This document shows positions 26,301 to 38,372 of a stretch of DNA of 64,000 nt, in pieces. The stretch is from the NCBI RefSeq assembly GCF_009914755.1, contig NC_060934.1; one strand, given 5' to 3'. Both the position numbers and the translations under genes were made by a program. Numbering within the stretch: the first letter of the stretch is position 1; each line of letters starts with the position of its first letter. The notes under the pieces are model-generated. The model did not search any database. It was not told where the DNA came from and worked only from the letters and a program-made list of their open reading frames with translations. Origin of the DNA: the human T2T-CHM13v2.0 reference genome, Homo sapiens.

Positions 26301-26680
26301 CTTTAATTGCCCAAACATCTGGGTTAATATCAGTCTCCATTAGGGGAAGACAAAGAGTTTGTTCTGGGGCCATCAGGATGGTGGTCCCCATATGGGCCAG
26401 AATATCCCTGCCCAACAGAGGAGTTGGGCTTTCAGGCATAATTAGAAAAGCATGGTGAACAAGAGGTCTCCCCATCTACAACCAAGGGGTTGGGAAAACT
26501 ATTGGGTTAAAGGCCTTCCTGAGATGCCCCTTATAGTCATGCAAAGAGAGGAAAGGGGACCTGGATTGGAAAGGAGAACTGAGAGACTAGCATATACCTC
26601 AAATACCTGAGGGGTCCAGAAGAAGATCCACTTTCCCCACTTCAATTTACAGAACTACCTAGGGCTCCTGGAGGGTAATG
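23330..26680 (-). pseudogene. pol: Decayed pro-pol (protease, RT, RNase H, integrase)
   Basis: PR VDLLLD and PESPTPLLGRDIL; RT WRLVQDLHLVN, WFIVLDL and VLQCIDDILL (YxDD site, 25827-25838); QLRGFLGITGFCRLWIPGY; RNase H SAQVAELIALTRA and NIYTDSKY; IN CEIC and GKDWQVDF. Many stops and frameshifts. Confidence 0.93.
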
Positions 26681-28150
26681 GTGGTCTGGATCACCAGAGC
26701 CAGAGAGAGGAGTTTCTGAACCCCTTGATACTGCTGGACCATTTGAGAGACTGGCTCTGGACCCAGTGACCAGTGTCCCCAGGAGCAGTCTACCTTCCAA
26801 TAGTCCCCACTGCAGATTGGATGGGTCAAGGTGGGCTCCTAATGCTGCCTGGACAATCCTTCCTAAAATGCCCTGGCTTGCCACATCTGTAGCAGTTAAC
26901 AGGCACATCTCAGGGATTCTGGGGTTTGTGGGCTTGCATGGTAGCCATTAAAGCCTCTACTTCTTTCCTGTGTCTCCTCTCTCTCTCTCGGTCCTCCCTA
27001 TCTCTATTATAAAAGACCAAGGTTCTCTAAAGCACTACCTGGTCCCAGGACCTGTTTCTGTAGCTTCCACCTGATATCAGGGATGCCTCAGAAATAAATT
27101 TGTCCTCTAGGATTAGTTGTCCCTCAACTGAATCAGAAGATAGAGAGGTGTGCTTTACCAAGGCCTCTCTTCGCCTTTCCAGGAAGGCAGTGGGATTCTT
27201 ATAGAATCCCTGGTCTATCATGGATAGCTTGGTATAATTGAGATGGTTAGTTCTAGTCCTACGTAAGCCCTCCATTATGCGCAGCTGAAAGTATCTCCTC
27301 TTCCGTTCTCCCTTCTTGTCATTGGGATCTCATTTAGGGTCATCTAATGGTACTGCTTCTTTTCCAGATGGATAAAGTTTGACCCCTTCCTTGACACTAC
27401 AGTGATACAAAGCTCATCCCCAAATCTCTCTGCTGTTTGCAGAGCAGGCTGCTTCTCAGTATTAGTCAGGGTTTGATTAAAAAAATAACATAACGTCTTT
27501 CCAGGAAAGTTGAAATACTTGGATTACATTCTGGAAAGCCTCTATATATCTGTCAGGTTAATTTGAAAACTTGCCAAGATCCCTCTCAATTTGCTTTAAG
27601 TCCTATAGATAGAAGGGAACCTGGACCTTACTGGGACCAAATTCACCAAGCATCTGTTGGAAGGGCAAGAGTGAGACTGAGCCTTGTCTAGGGTGAGGAT
27701 TTCTAAAAGGGGGAAAGCAACAGAGAGAAAATGGATAGTGAGGTCAAGGTGGACCCAGAGGAGCAGGGCTGAAGAGAGCTGGCTCCCCTGGTGGAAGTGT
27801 CTCTGGGGTTTGTTTATTTAGTTCCCTGGGATTACTTCTTGCAGCCTCTCCTGAGATGGCAAACAAGGGGGCTGGATCAGTCCTACACTGTTGACAAAGG
27901 TCTGGATTACCATGCAAGGTAAAGAAAATCTGCACATATGGGGCCTCAGACCGTTTGCCCTCATGTTTATAGAAAAGGTCCAATTTCAGGATGGTATCAA
28001 AATGAATGGTTCCTTTTTGAGGCCCGTCCTTCCTGCAGATCATAATTTGGCCAAAATTTTATGCAAAAGGCTATGAGGCTTTTTTCCTCCAAAACATGAG
28101 GGGTCAAAGCAGTCCCAATATTTCAGGATATACTCCAGAAAAGTATAGAC
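26680..28150 (-). pseudogene. gag: Decayed gag
   Basis: MA-like LEYILKYWDCFDP and GTIHFDTILKLDLF; CA/MHR-like NPTAFLER..EALVKHT; intact CCHC knuckle CYRCGKPGHFRKDC (26853-26894) plus a second, degenerate knuckle. Confidence 0.88.
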
Positions 28151-29617
28151 TGACAATGGTGAAAGAGAGAGAAATAGGCATCCCTCAATTCCCTTCCTTT
28201 CAGTGAAAACTTGGCTTGTGATGGGGAGAGAAAATGGGTGCCCCCTTTTCTCTTCTATCTTTTTTATCCCCAAGTCCTGGCGACCTTAGATGGACACCAC
28301 ACACGGAAACCATTGTGGCCTGCACCCATGAAGAAGGAAGGGCCTAGAGAATAGGAATTATCCGTGCTCACCTATGCCTCCATCCCTGCTACTGCTGGCA
28401 GCCTTTAAGTTCCCTGGGCCTTATATATGCCATGGAGCATGGCCTCCTTCTTTGAAGCAAGGGCTTAATTGGCAGGAATTATTCCTGCCCATTGACACTG
28501 TGCCTGTTGCCTCCCTTTGGACCCCTTAGATCTGTTTTTTTCTTTCTAGGGCTTCAACTTGAAGTTTGGAATTGAGTTTGGGACAAAAAGGAGTCTCAGG
28601 GGGTGCATGGATTCATTTAGATGAAATCTCTTGCAGGCTTTGCCAAATTCTCAGTTATTAGCCAGTGGGGTCATGCCTTTGCTGCTTCCCTATCATAAGC
28701 AGAGTGCTGAGGGAGAAAAATAACCCTCTTGCAGAGCAAAGAAAATAAGAAAAAAACAGCTTAAGGAAGGGAAGAACACCTTGTTCTGTGCAAATAGGTT
28801 CCTTTATTTACTGTATCCTTCCCCTGCTTTGGATTGAACCGGACCCCTTGGCCGGGGGAATGAAGACTCTATGGGCATGTGGTGGGAGGGAATGATGAGC
28901 GGGAAATGCTGGCCAACTGGCTACATGAGGCCCTTGGTGCCCAGGACTGCTCTGGGGCCTGCACAGCAGCCTGGTTCTCTCCCACCCCACGTGGCCATTG
29001 GGTGTGTGGCAAGTGCGTGCTGTGGACATGCTCAAGTGCCCCAGCCAGGAAGGGAGAGGAGGGAGGCTGCTGTGCGCTGTGCACCTGTGGCTGTTGGGGT
29101 GGGGGTGGGGATGGCACCTCTAAGAACAGATGGAAATCACATTGTTCTGAATTGTGTATCTGATGGCTGGGCCAAATGCTCATTCTACCTAGTAACATTT
29201 CTGCAGTTTGCAGCAATACCCTTAACATTATAAAAGAAGAAATAGGAGACCTTTCAAACTGTGAATGTAGAAAGGGAAAGGTACCATGGAAAAGTCTGGG
29301 GGTCTTGGCTGGCCGACACTATAATGTGAGGTCAGGGACAGGGTCCAGTCTAGGCACTTTCTGGCAACACCAAGAAGTGGTCTTGGCCAGATGCCTTCAG
29401 TCGCCCCAGGACTTTATTCCAGTCCCACGTGATGGCTAGACCTCTGCATGGGAAACAGAGCCAACATTCCTTTCACCTGAAAGAAAAAGAGAGGTTGCAG
29501 GACTGCATCCTGACCCCTGCAAGTGGCATAGCTCAGAGGAAAGCCTGAGGACAAGAAGTCTTGGGAAAAATGAAGGGACAGATCCAGCAGATCCGCATTT
29601 ACTCACCCTTCTGACAT

Positions 29618-29635
29618 ATCTCAGACAGGCCCCCA
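29618..29635 (-). other. Primer-binding site, tRNA-Pro-like
   Basis: TGGGGGCCTGTCTGAGAT, 2 nt from the 5' LTR. It matches 14/18 to the tRNA-Pro PBS TGGGGGCTCGTCCGGGAT. A splice donor (AAGG|GTGAGT) follows at ~29601-29610. Confidence 0.85.
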
Positions 29636-29637
29636 GA

Positions 29638-30615
29638 TGAAGCAGGATATTTCCCTGACCCCTTTCCTGGACTCGCGAAGGGGGTGCCTCATTTACTTAG
29701 CCTGCGGCTCTCAACTTCTCGCGAGAGGGAGTGCGCAAGTGAATGAGGCAGGAAGTGGAGTGCACAAGTGCTGGAATCAGCTGGCCACTTCGGCCCCAGC
29801 AGGAGCTAACTCCACTCACTCGGACCCGCTGCACTCCACCTCTCATGGGAGGAAACGCACAGGTGAGTGGGTGCAGGAGCTGAGGAGAGCGTTTTTGGGC
29901 GCTGACAGAAGCAAACTCCATGTGGGCCCTGCAGCAGCATCTAGGGGGAGTGCCTGCAATCTCTGAAGCCCCAGAGGAGTGTTACAACACTCTTTTAGCT
30001 CTGTCGTCTGCGGAGGGCTTAAGTGTTAACAGCTTAGTGGACCCTCTGTCTTTACACGTGAGGCGGCTGCCCTCTACCAGCGAGGGCGAAGGGTCGGTGT
30101 GACAGCATTTTGTATCCACACTCGTGGCTCCTCAGCTCTTGTCTGGCATCCAGGAGAAATGAGGTCACACGAATGAATTGAAGAATTATAAATGTGGGGG
30201 ATTTTATTGCCAATGAAAGTGGCGCTTTTCACGGGAAGAGGAACCAAAAAGCAAACGGCGCAGGAAGGTAATCTTCCCCTGAAGTCCGGCCGCCTCTGGC
30301 CAGATTCTTCTCCAAAATTATGCTGTCAAGCTGTCCCTCTGAAGTCAAGCTGCTTCTCTCTGATGTCCAGCCATATTCCCTGACGTCCAACTGCTTCTCC
30401 TCTCTGCATGCAGGATGAGTATGGGGTCTTTATGGGCACACAATGGAGGGTAGGGCAGGTTATAGGTAGTTGAGGAAAAGGCAACATTCAACTGGCAAAA
30501 CAGGGTATAAGTTCTCACTTTGGGCCGTGGTCTCAGGGTTTTTGGCTTGAGAGTGTGGCTTTGCCAGGGATTTGCCCTTTTCTGCCTAGAATTTCTCTGC
30601 CTTCTCTCCCTATCA
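29638..30615 (-). promoter_or_regulatory. 5' LTR of provirus (candidate promoter)
   Basis: Homologous to 21902-22854. TATA-like CCCATAAAGA at ~30427-30436, AATAAA at ~30203-30208, CpG-rich R/U5. Confidence 0.93.
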
Positions 30616-32309
30616 ATAGATAGTACCTATTCAGATTTATTTATATTTCTATGTTTTGTAATAATTTTATCATATGTAATTTCAGTGCTTTTGTGGAATA
30701 ATGAGTGATAAATCCATCAAATAAGGAGCACCAAGAACAGACCTGTAGTTAAATGAGTTGGGTTTATTAAATTGCTGTAACAAGGAAGGATGGACAAAGA
30801 GAATCATGGTGCATTTCAGTAGGAAGGGGATTTTCATGGAGTTTGAGCTCATGCTGGGTGACTCTGAAATAGAGATGGGAGGATCAGCTTTGAATTGTGT
30901 ACATTCATGAAGCAATTTTGCAGCTGTAGCGTGGCTTTAGGAGTAGTATTGTTTTATGTTGGCTTTGCCAGCTGCTTTGTCTGTGTCTGCTGTGTCGGCT
31001 ACAATCTGATTCTCAACAGGGCTGATTATTTTCTTTCTTGATTCTGGTTAATTTTTACATTTTCAGGTAAGAAGATTATTACTCAAATTCCCGTATTGTT
31101 CATAAATCCACCCTTTGTGGATATCTCAGTCCAGTTGCTAATACAAGAACACCAATTCTATATTAAGATATAAACAAAGTCTCAATTAGTATAATTAAAT
31201 TTTAAAGCCATATTGAATGATAAAAATGTAATAAAGCTAAGAACCAGCATAAGAATTTAAATAAATTTTGAATGCTATAATATTGTCTAAGATGGTCTAT
31301 AAACAAAGTTTAGGAAAAACATGATCAAAACAGGAACTATAATACAGTTACAAACTAAATAAAATAAAAACACTTTCTACCAAAATGTAAGCTATATAGC
31401 CCAACTTTTCATTAGTGCATAATGCATACCTATAAATTATTTATGATTAAATATGAAAAATAAAGTTAAATGAACAAGGAATTTGGTGTAAACCTTTTGT
31501 AAAATAAAAATTAATACTTTTATGGAAATCAGAAGAAATCATTAACAGCAGAGCACGGTTAGCAAAGAGATATTGAGTAGAATTTATAAAAATACCCAGA
31601 GCATGCTCTTTAGAAAACCAATCCAATAAAAATGTATTACTTGCAAGCCTAATTAAGAGAAAAGATGAGATTACCTTTAACATTAAGCATTTAAAAATTT
31701 AATTAACTAATATAAAAGAATACATTCTTAATGTCCTAGGGAATATTCAAATATCTTACAACATGGAGGAAACCTTGAGCTCTTTAGTAGTGCCTTGAAT
31801 TCAAGGTACTATTCTGGAAAGTTCATTTGCATTTTGTAGTTCAAGCTTATCTTTTAGAAATTAAACTGTTTATTATTTATGTAATTTTATACAACACATC
31901 CACACATATCTGTATTATATGCATTTTTAAATATTTTACATCCTGCTTTTAAACCCAATGAACGTTTTTTATATGTGTAGCATGAACAGTTTATAAAGTA
32001 TACAATTTAATTTCATATATATACATGCACATATATATTTGTTAAAAAAGGTAATCACAAAATGATAAAGTGAGTCCTCGTGCAAAATTATATTTATTTT
32101 TCTACAAGGTATGTAGAGACCTCTGAAGATTATTATATTATTATCTTTGGCCTTCATTTTACTGTGTGATTTTCTTTAACAGCAACATCAATAAATGAAT
32201 TGCATGGAGATTGAGTTTGCTCTTAACATACCCACAATTTGCTTTTTTGGTGGAAAACCATCCTTTCTTTAAATGTACACTTAGCATTTTCTCACTTTTT
32301 AAAAGGACA

Positions 32310-32634
32310 CAGTCACGTTTCACATAACGAGGGAATATGGGCTGAGAAATGAGTTATTAGGTGATTTCCTTGTTGTGTACTTACACAAACCTAAATGGTA
32401 CAGTCTATGTGCCCCTAGGTTGTATGGTATAGTCTATTACTCCTAGGCTATAAACCTGTATAGCCTGTTACTGCACTGAATACTGAGGCAGCTGTAAGAA
32501 AACGGTGAGTATTTATCTAAACATAATGTAAACATAGAAAAGGTACAGTAAATATATGGTATTAGAATCTTATGGGACCACTGTCATATACAAGGTCTCT
32601 TTTGACGGAAAAGTCATTATGTGGCCCATGACTG
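32310..32634 (+). mobile_element. Tigger3a/MER7-like DNA transposon
   Basis: TIRs cagtcacg...catgactg. Internal sequence is homologous to 16265-16601. Confidence 0.85.
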
Positions 32635-33386
32635 TGCATGTGACTTTGAAGTAGACTCACTCCCCATCTTTAACCAGTTAACAACTCCTATACAGAAATT
32701 TTACCTTTGTGTTTTGGTTATTTTTGTTGTTTGTTTTTATTTCAGGGTATTACACATAATCAACACACTATATGTAGTGCACTGAGAATGAACTACAGTT
32801 AGAATGTAAATAAAAATGTAAATTATGATTAACATAATTAGATTAGTAGGAAATAAAATACTGGTGATTTTTCTGTAGTAGAGATGCCTATTTTTCCTCC
32901 TACTTCCACTGTATTCATTTTGCTGAGTATTTCCACATCCTCTCCCATGGCACGGTGCAACTAGAGCCAAAGCTGCACCTACAGTTATACAGTGCAACTA
33001 CCTAGGCTAATATTAATTGGTTTAGTCATGGGCATCTGATCCAAATGAAATCAATCAGATGTACTGGATAATTCAGATTTACAGACTTCTTATAGAGGCT
33101 GGTGAGTCTCTCCTTACTGGGTAGATTGAAGAGATATTTTGATGCAGCTGAAAAATTCATTTTACTAAAAGTGTAAAGGGAAATGCATTGATGTAGGAGC
33201 TTAGAGAAACAGACAGACTATGCAACCCCAGAAAAAAAAAGACAGAAAGGAGGAGATGCTTTGTCCTATTTCGTATAAATACGTCTTTCTATTTTTGTTT
33301 CAATCCCTGCTCATCTCAGCTACATTTCCTGCTTTGAGGTGATGAAGAACACTCTATTGTAATTTTTTAAACATTCGTATTTTTTT

Positions 33387-33782
33387 GATGCCCCAACATC
33401 CTGATGAACTGGCTGTTGAGCACCTTGGCCAGGTAACCATTTGCACCAGTGTTATAAGGCTGGTCCGTGCCACAAATTCTCCTTCTTGCCCTCACTTGAC
33501 TGTGACCCAGTGACATTCTAGTGCAACAATAAAATACTCTCATGCCTTTTGCTTGTGTACTGTACTCTAATCCCAATAAAGGCACTTGCCCACAGGTCCT
33601 TACTCTCTCCACCTGCTTGGTTGAGCTGCTCCTTGGGACACCCTGCCTCTTTCTCTACAACCTATGAGATAATAAATCCTTTACTTTCATATACCTCCCC
33701 AAGAATAATTTCCACAGCTGGCCATGTTGGAATGATCCTTGAAGACCCCACAAAGCCAGCTTAGTCTCCCGTTTAGAACACA
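33387..33782 (+). mobile_element. Old solo LTR (LTR47/MER74-like)
   Basis: LTR-like layout with aataaa and a terminal gaagaccccacaaag...tttagaacaca. Family assignment and start are uncertain. Confidence 0.5.
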
Positions 33783-33804
33783 ATATCCCTATGTGGAGCT
33801 TATA

Positions 33805-34446
33805 CCATATTTCCCTGTCATCTATGGTTTCACTTTGTGGTTAATCATTTAAAAATATTAAACGAAAACTCCAGAAATAAACACTTCCTAAATTTAAAAT
33901 TGTGCACCATGTATTGTGAGTATCCCACGCGGGAAGTGAATCATTTCTTTGTCCAGGTCTCCTCACTGTATATGCTACGTGCCCGTGAGGCAGTAGCTGT
34001 CTCAGCTATCACATTGACTGTCATGGTATCACAGTGCTCCTGTTTCAAGTAACCCTTATTTTACTCCATAATGGCCTCAAAGCACAAGAGTAATGATGCT
34101 GACAATTCCAATATGCCAAAGATAAGCCATAAAATGTTTTCTTTAAGTGAATAGGTGAAAATTCTCAACTTAATAAGCAAAGAAAAATATCTTATGTTCA
34201 GGTTGCTAAGATCTACAGTAGAAATAAGTCTTCTATTCCTGAAATTCTGAACAATATATTGCTTTACTGGTGCTATTTTGTCATTAATGTTAATCTGTTA
34301 CTGTGCCTAATTTATAAATTAAGCCTTATCATAGCTTTGTGTGTGTAGGAAAAACACAATGTGCAGAGGCTGCGGTACTTTCCATGGTTTCAGGCATCCA
34401 CTGGGGGTTTTGGCAGGTATCCTTCATGGATAAGGGGAGACAGTTG
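33805..34446 (+). mobile_element. MER44/Tigger7-like DNA transposon
   Basis: tttcaagtaacccttattttact, aagcacaagagtaatgatgctg, and terminal tttcaggcatccactgggg...ggataaggggagacagttg followed by TA. Confidence 0.82.
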
Positions 34447-34524
34447 TACATTTCCATTGAGAGTTTCCAGATAAACTCAGCTTCCTCAGCTGCCTCTGCC
34501 AATGACCAGCCCTTCTGTATCTAT

Positions 34525-35173
34525 TATAGGGGACAAGGAGAAACTTTCTCTTCACCCTCTGAAGGTTAACTAAAAATCGCTGACAAGAGGCAGAGTAATA
34601 AAAGAAAATGCATACAAATTTATCTGATCATAGTTTTATGTGACACGGTAGCCTTCAGAATTAAGACCCAAAGTACGGGGAAATTGTCCTTTTTTCTGCT
34701 TAGGTTCGACAAGGTATGGACAACTCTGTAGAAATATGATTGGACAAAAGGGGTATGATCTAATCTGAGTAGACGTAATGGGGAAATCCAGCAAGGCCTC
34801 TCTGTTTAGATTCTTCTTGGCCTCCCTGTGTAGCATTCCTTCTTTTTGAGCATGGGGAAGGATCCTCCCAGGAATGGGGGTCTTATGACAGTCAAACATT
34901 GTAGGTCAGATCATTTCTTTCTGGCCAGTTTTACACAGAAAGACATGGGGAAAATTAGAGTAATATTTTTAGATTTTATGCCTGGCTTTGAGGGAAAGGA
35001 GTTCTGCTTTCTATGAGCCACTTGGAGAAGAGAGATTCTGGCTTCCATGACTAGCCTCAGGGGAGAATGAGGTACCAGAGGCAGGAGGACAGGGGGAACT
35101 CAGAGAGAAACTTTTGCTTCTCAGGCTGCTTCTAAGGTCTTCGTTTTGGGGTATCATTTTTTGAGCCCCAGCT
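34525..35173 (-). mobile_element. Solo ERV1 LTR, MER39/MER72-like
   Basis: The minus strand starts ..TGGGGCTCAAAAAATGATACCCCAAAACGAAGACCTTAGAAGCAGCC. Flanks CTAT/CTAC fit a 4-bp TSD. Confidence 0.75.
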
Positions 35174-37289
35174 CTACTTTTCTGTGAGGAGGGGAAGGTA
35201 ACTTTTTCTTGTTGAATATCTGTTCTCTGACAAATGGGGGACTAGGACCCTTAAATACACGAGCTTCTTTAATCATCAATAATCCTGCCTGGTAGGTACT
35301 GTGTGCATTCTTCTTGTTACAGAAATGAAGACTTGCAGCTGTGAAACAATAATTTGCCTATGTCACATTGTTACACAGAAACAAAGCTGGGAGTTTAGTT
35401 TGGGTATGCTTGACTTTTAAACCAATGATCTGTCCTTAAGGAATTCTCTTCTTTCTTAATCTGGTAACAATAATTATAGAACATTCACTATCTACATCCA
35501 GGTAATCACCACCCCAGTCGTCCTAATCCATGAATTTGTCTGAGGTCTAGGCAATTGATAAAATTGTCAGTCTTGCTGTGGTTGCTCTGATTTCTCAGCA
35601 CAGAGCTAGACCCAGAGGGGCCAAAGCCCCTTACAATTGAAAGCCCAGGGCACATTGCAGCCACCACTCATCTTCTATGTGATAGTAGGTGACACTTTGG
35701 GGCACTTGTACAGATGCAGACAAAGCAAATGCCGTTTTATAAGCCTGGTATTGCACAGTGCTTCATCTCTCTTTTCTGATACTCACCTCCTCATTATTAT
35801 TGTTAGTACTGGGTAATTGAACTTGTTTTTTCTGCAGTCTCCTTCTGAATGAGAAGAGTATGGCTTTGGATAGGGTCGAACTTTGAGGAACCCCAGATGA
35901 GAACTTTCACTAGATCCAAACAATGCAGACATAAAGGTGTAAAGGTAGAGTTGAGACCATGTGGATGGGTGGACAGTGGTAACTGGCTGATTTCTACGCC
36001 ACCCTTGTGGGCCACCTGAGTGGTCTCATATACTGGGACCAATTGACCCAAGACTTGATTTAGGCAGGTGCTGGTCACTGAAAAGAAACTACTGTTTGCT
36101 TGAGGGTGCCTTGGCCTCACACTCCTGAATATTGTCAGCATCTCAGCAGAGCTGGAGAGGCTGCTAGGTATTGGAATGGTCAGTGAAAGCCACAACAAGC
36201 CGCAATGAAGGTAACTGTGAAGCCTTTCATCACTCGCTGCAAGAGTGTAAGCAAGAGGCTAAAACTAGGAAAGGCACCCACTCCCCCGACTCTGCCTCCA
36301 TTTCATTTTTCTCCTTGAAAAGGCTCTCTCCTCAAAAACCAGGAGAGAGTTGTCTAACTGTTGAAGGAATCCCAAACAAAAGTTCTTGCAGTTGTGTGGA
36401 TGAAGGGCCAAGGAGGAGGGAAAGGGGAGAAGAGTAGGTTTTAAAAAGTATTGGGTACCGAGTCAGAGTGACGTCTTCAAGATTCCCCCACCCTCCCACA
36501 AGGCGGTCTCAGCAGAGGCGCCTTAAGAGGACCTCTGTTTAAGGCCTCCCGTGATGAGACCTAGGAATAAAGGTGCTGAGGCTCAGGAAGCTAACATGCA
36601 AAGAGCATGAGTAGCACAAAGGCCCTGTGCTCTCACCTACAGCTCCCTTCAGAGACTGCAGCGGTCTGGCTGTGAGCAAATCTAATGCAGGGAGAGCAGG
36701 TCAGTTTCCCTCGTGAGGCCTGATGGATAAGTCTTTGTAATTGCTAATGGTCAGGCTTTAAACCCATCATGCAAAGATTTTCAACCAAGGGCCTGACTCC
36801 TGAAACGCAGTGCTTCAAGCAATCAGGGTTGGGACAAAAAAAAAAAAAAAAATGAAACCGATTTGCCATCCTGTCCCAGGGAAAAGTTATACGTGAAGGA
36901 ACTTATATTCTTCACAGTTTCGTATTTTGTCTTATACCCACATTAGTGTGTGCCTTTGTGAAATTCTTCTTTCCTCATAGGCATTTCTGTCATGGTTTTA
37001 AACTTATTTAATTATTAGATACTTACTATTTAAAATTCATTTTTAAAATTAATCTGCGTTGCTTGTAAAGTCCTTGATGATTCTAGTTACTAAGTTCTGA
37101 TGATTGGCCTAAGTAAATAAACTGTGTATGAGGCCGTGCAATGATTGGGATGTTTTTGTTGTTTTCTAATTCAGAGTGATTTAATTTTCATAAGGTTCAA
37201 TTGGTCTGCATCAGTCTGTAATACTATGTTCCCACATAAGTGAACTGTAGAAACGACTTGCACAATAATGTAGGAGTATCACCAACTCC

Positions 37290-37612
37290 AATACTAAAAG
37301 TATTACATGTTTATTTTGTTTATTTTCTGTCCCCTACCATCAGAATTTAAGTTCCTTAGTTCTAATTCCATTAGAATTTAAGAATTTCATTAGCATTAGA
37401 ATTTAAAAATTCCATTAGGATTTAAGAATTCCATTAGAATTAGAATTAAATTATAGTTCTATTAGAATTTAAGTTCCTTAGAGGTAAAGGGGTTTTGTTG
37501 TTGTTTTGTTTTCTTTTTGGTCTTGTTTTAATCATTGTAGTATCTCTAACCCCTAGAATAGCGTTTGGCACATAGATGTGCCCATTCATGTTTAGTGAAA
37601 GAATCAATGAAC
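37290..37612 (+). mobile_element. L2 3' end carrying a patchwork insertion
   Basis: L2 tail (agaatttaagttcc...cctagaatagcgtttggcacatag...gaatcaatgaa). AGAATTTAAGTTCCTTAG is duplicated at 37342-37359 and 37464-37481. Confidence 0.7.
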
Positions 37613-37908
37613 AAAGTTGGCATTATATGAAATAGATGTTTTTTGCTTTTAGTAAATATCTAAAATACTTTTCTAAATAGATGCCACAATATAAAATGAC
37701 AAATGTGTGTTCCATATTCACAACCTATAGTCATGTTTCAATGCAAGGGAAACAAAATCAAATGCTTTCATATGTCAAGGCATCTATTATGACCTATGGT
37801 CATGAAATCCTCAGATAATCACCCGTAGTCACCTAACAGCCTCTGATGCAGGGTTAACCCAGGAACCCCTCACTGGACATCCTATTTATTACTGCAACTC
37901 TACTAACC

Positions 37909-38372
37909 TGTCGACCAAAATACTTTCCTTGACCAAACTCTATTGAGACTCCCTTGAACTTTTCAAATAGGTTCAGCTTTTCGAGTTCTGTGTTCATGTA
38001 AACATTGGCGATTTTAACTAAAATTGTGCTAAGTCAATTTAACCAGGGCCCCCCACCCCTACCTCCCCAATATCCCATCAGGTTTCTCATCCTCTATCAT
38101 CCTGCAGGTCTGACCACCCTGGTCTGCCTTTGGCAAGAATACTCTTAGGTCAGTTTAGCCAGAATCCTTCTTCCCCCTGAGATTTCCTTTTGGTAATTTT
38201 TTATCTGCTGACCCTCACCCTGCTCCTTGGCTCTGAGTCTGCACTTGTCCATGCTTTATTCAGAATTGAGCCTGGTTCTACACTGAGATTTCTTTCCCCC
38301 CATTGCAATAGTGCTGAGTAAAATCTGTTTTTACCACTTTAACCACTGTCTCGCTCTGTTTTTTCTTTGACA
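37909..38372 (+). mobile_element. MER31/MER67-like solo LTR
   Basis: tgtcgacc...cttgaccaaactct...ggcaagaatactcttaggtcagtttagccagaatcc...ttttctttgaca, with TG..CA ends. Confidence 0.78.

Larger units (their letters stand above)
21902..30615 (-). mobile_element. Full-structure, env-less ERV1 provirus (HUERS-P-like; LTR1/LTR28/MER52-family LTRs)
   Basis: Two homologous ~1-kb LTRs with TG..CA ends, and a perfect 4-bp TSD ATAG (21898-21901, 30616-30619). PBS, PPT and gag-pro-pol remnants are in the correct order on the minus strand. Confidence 0.95.

Noticed and set aside
28808-29439. Cluster of overlapping 75-120 aa ORFs
   Set aside because: GC-rich ERV leader with low stop-codon density. No recognisable domain.
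37342-37481. Repeat array resembling CRISPR
   Set aside because: Eukaryotic context, no unique spacers and no cas genes.
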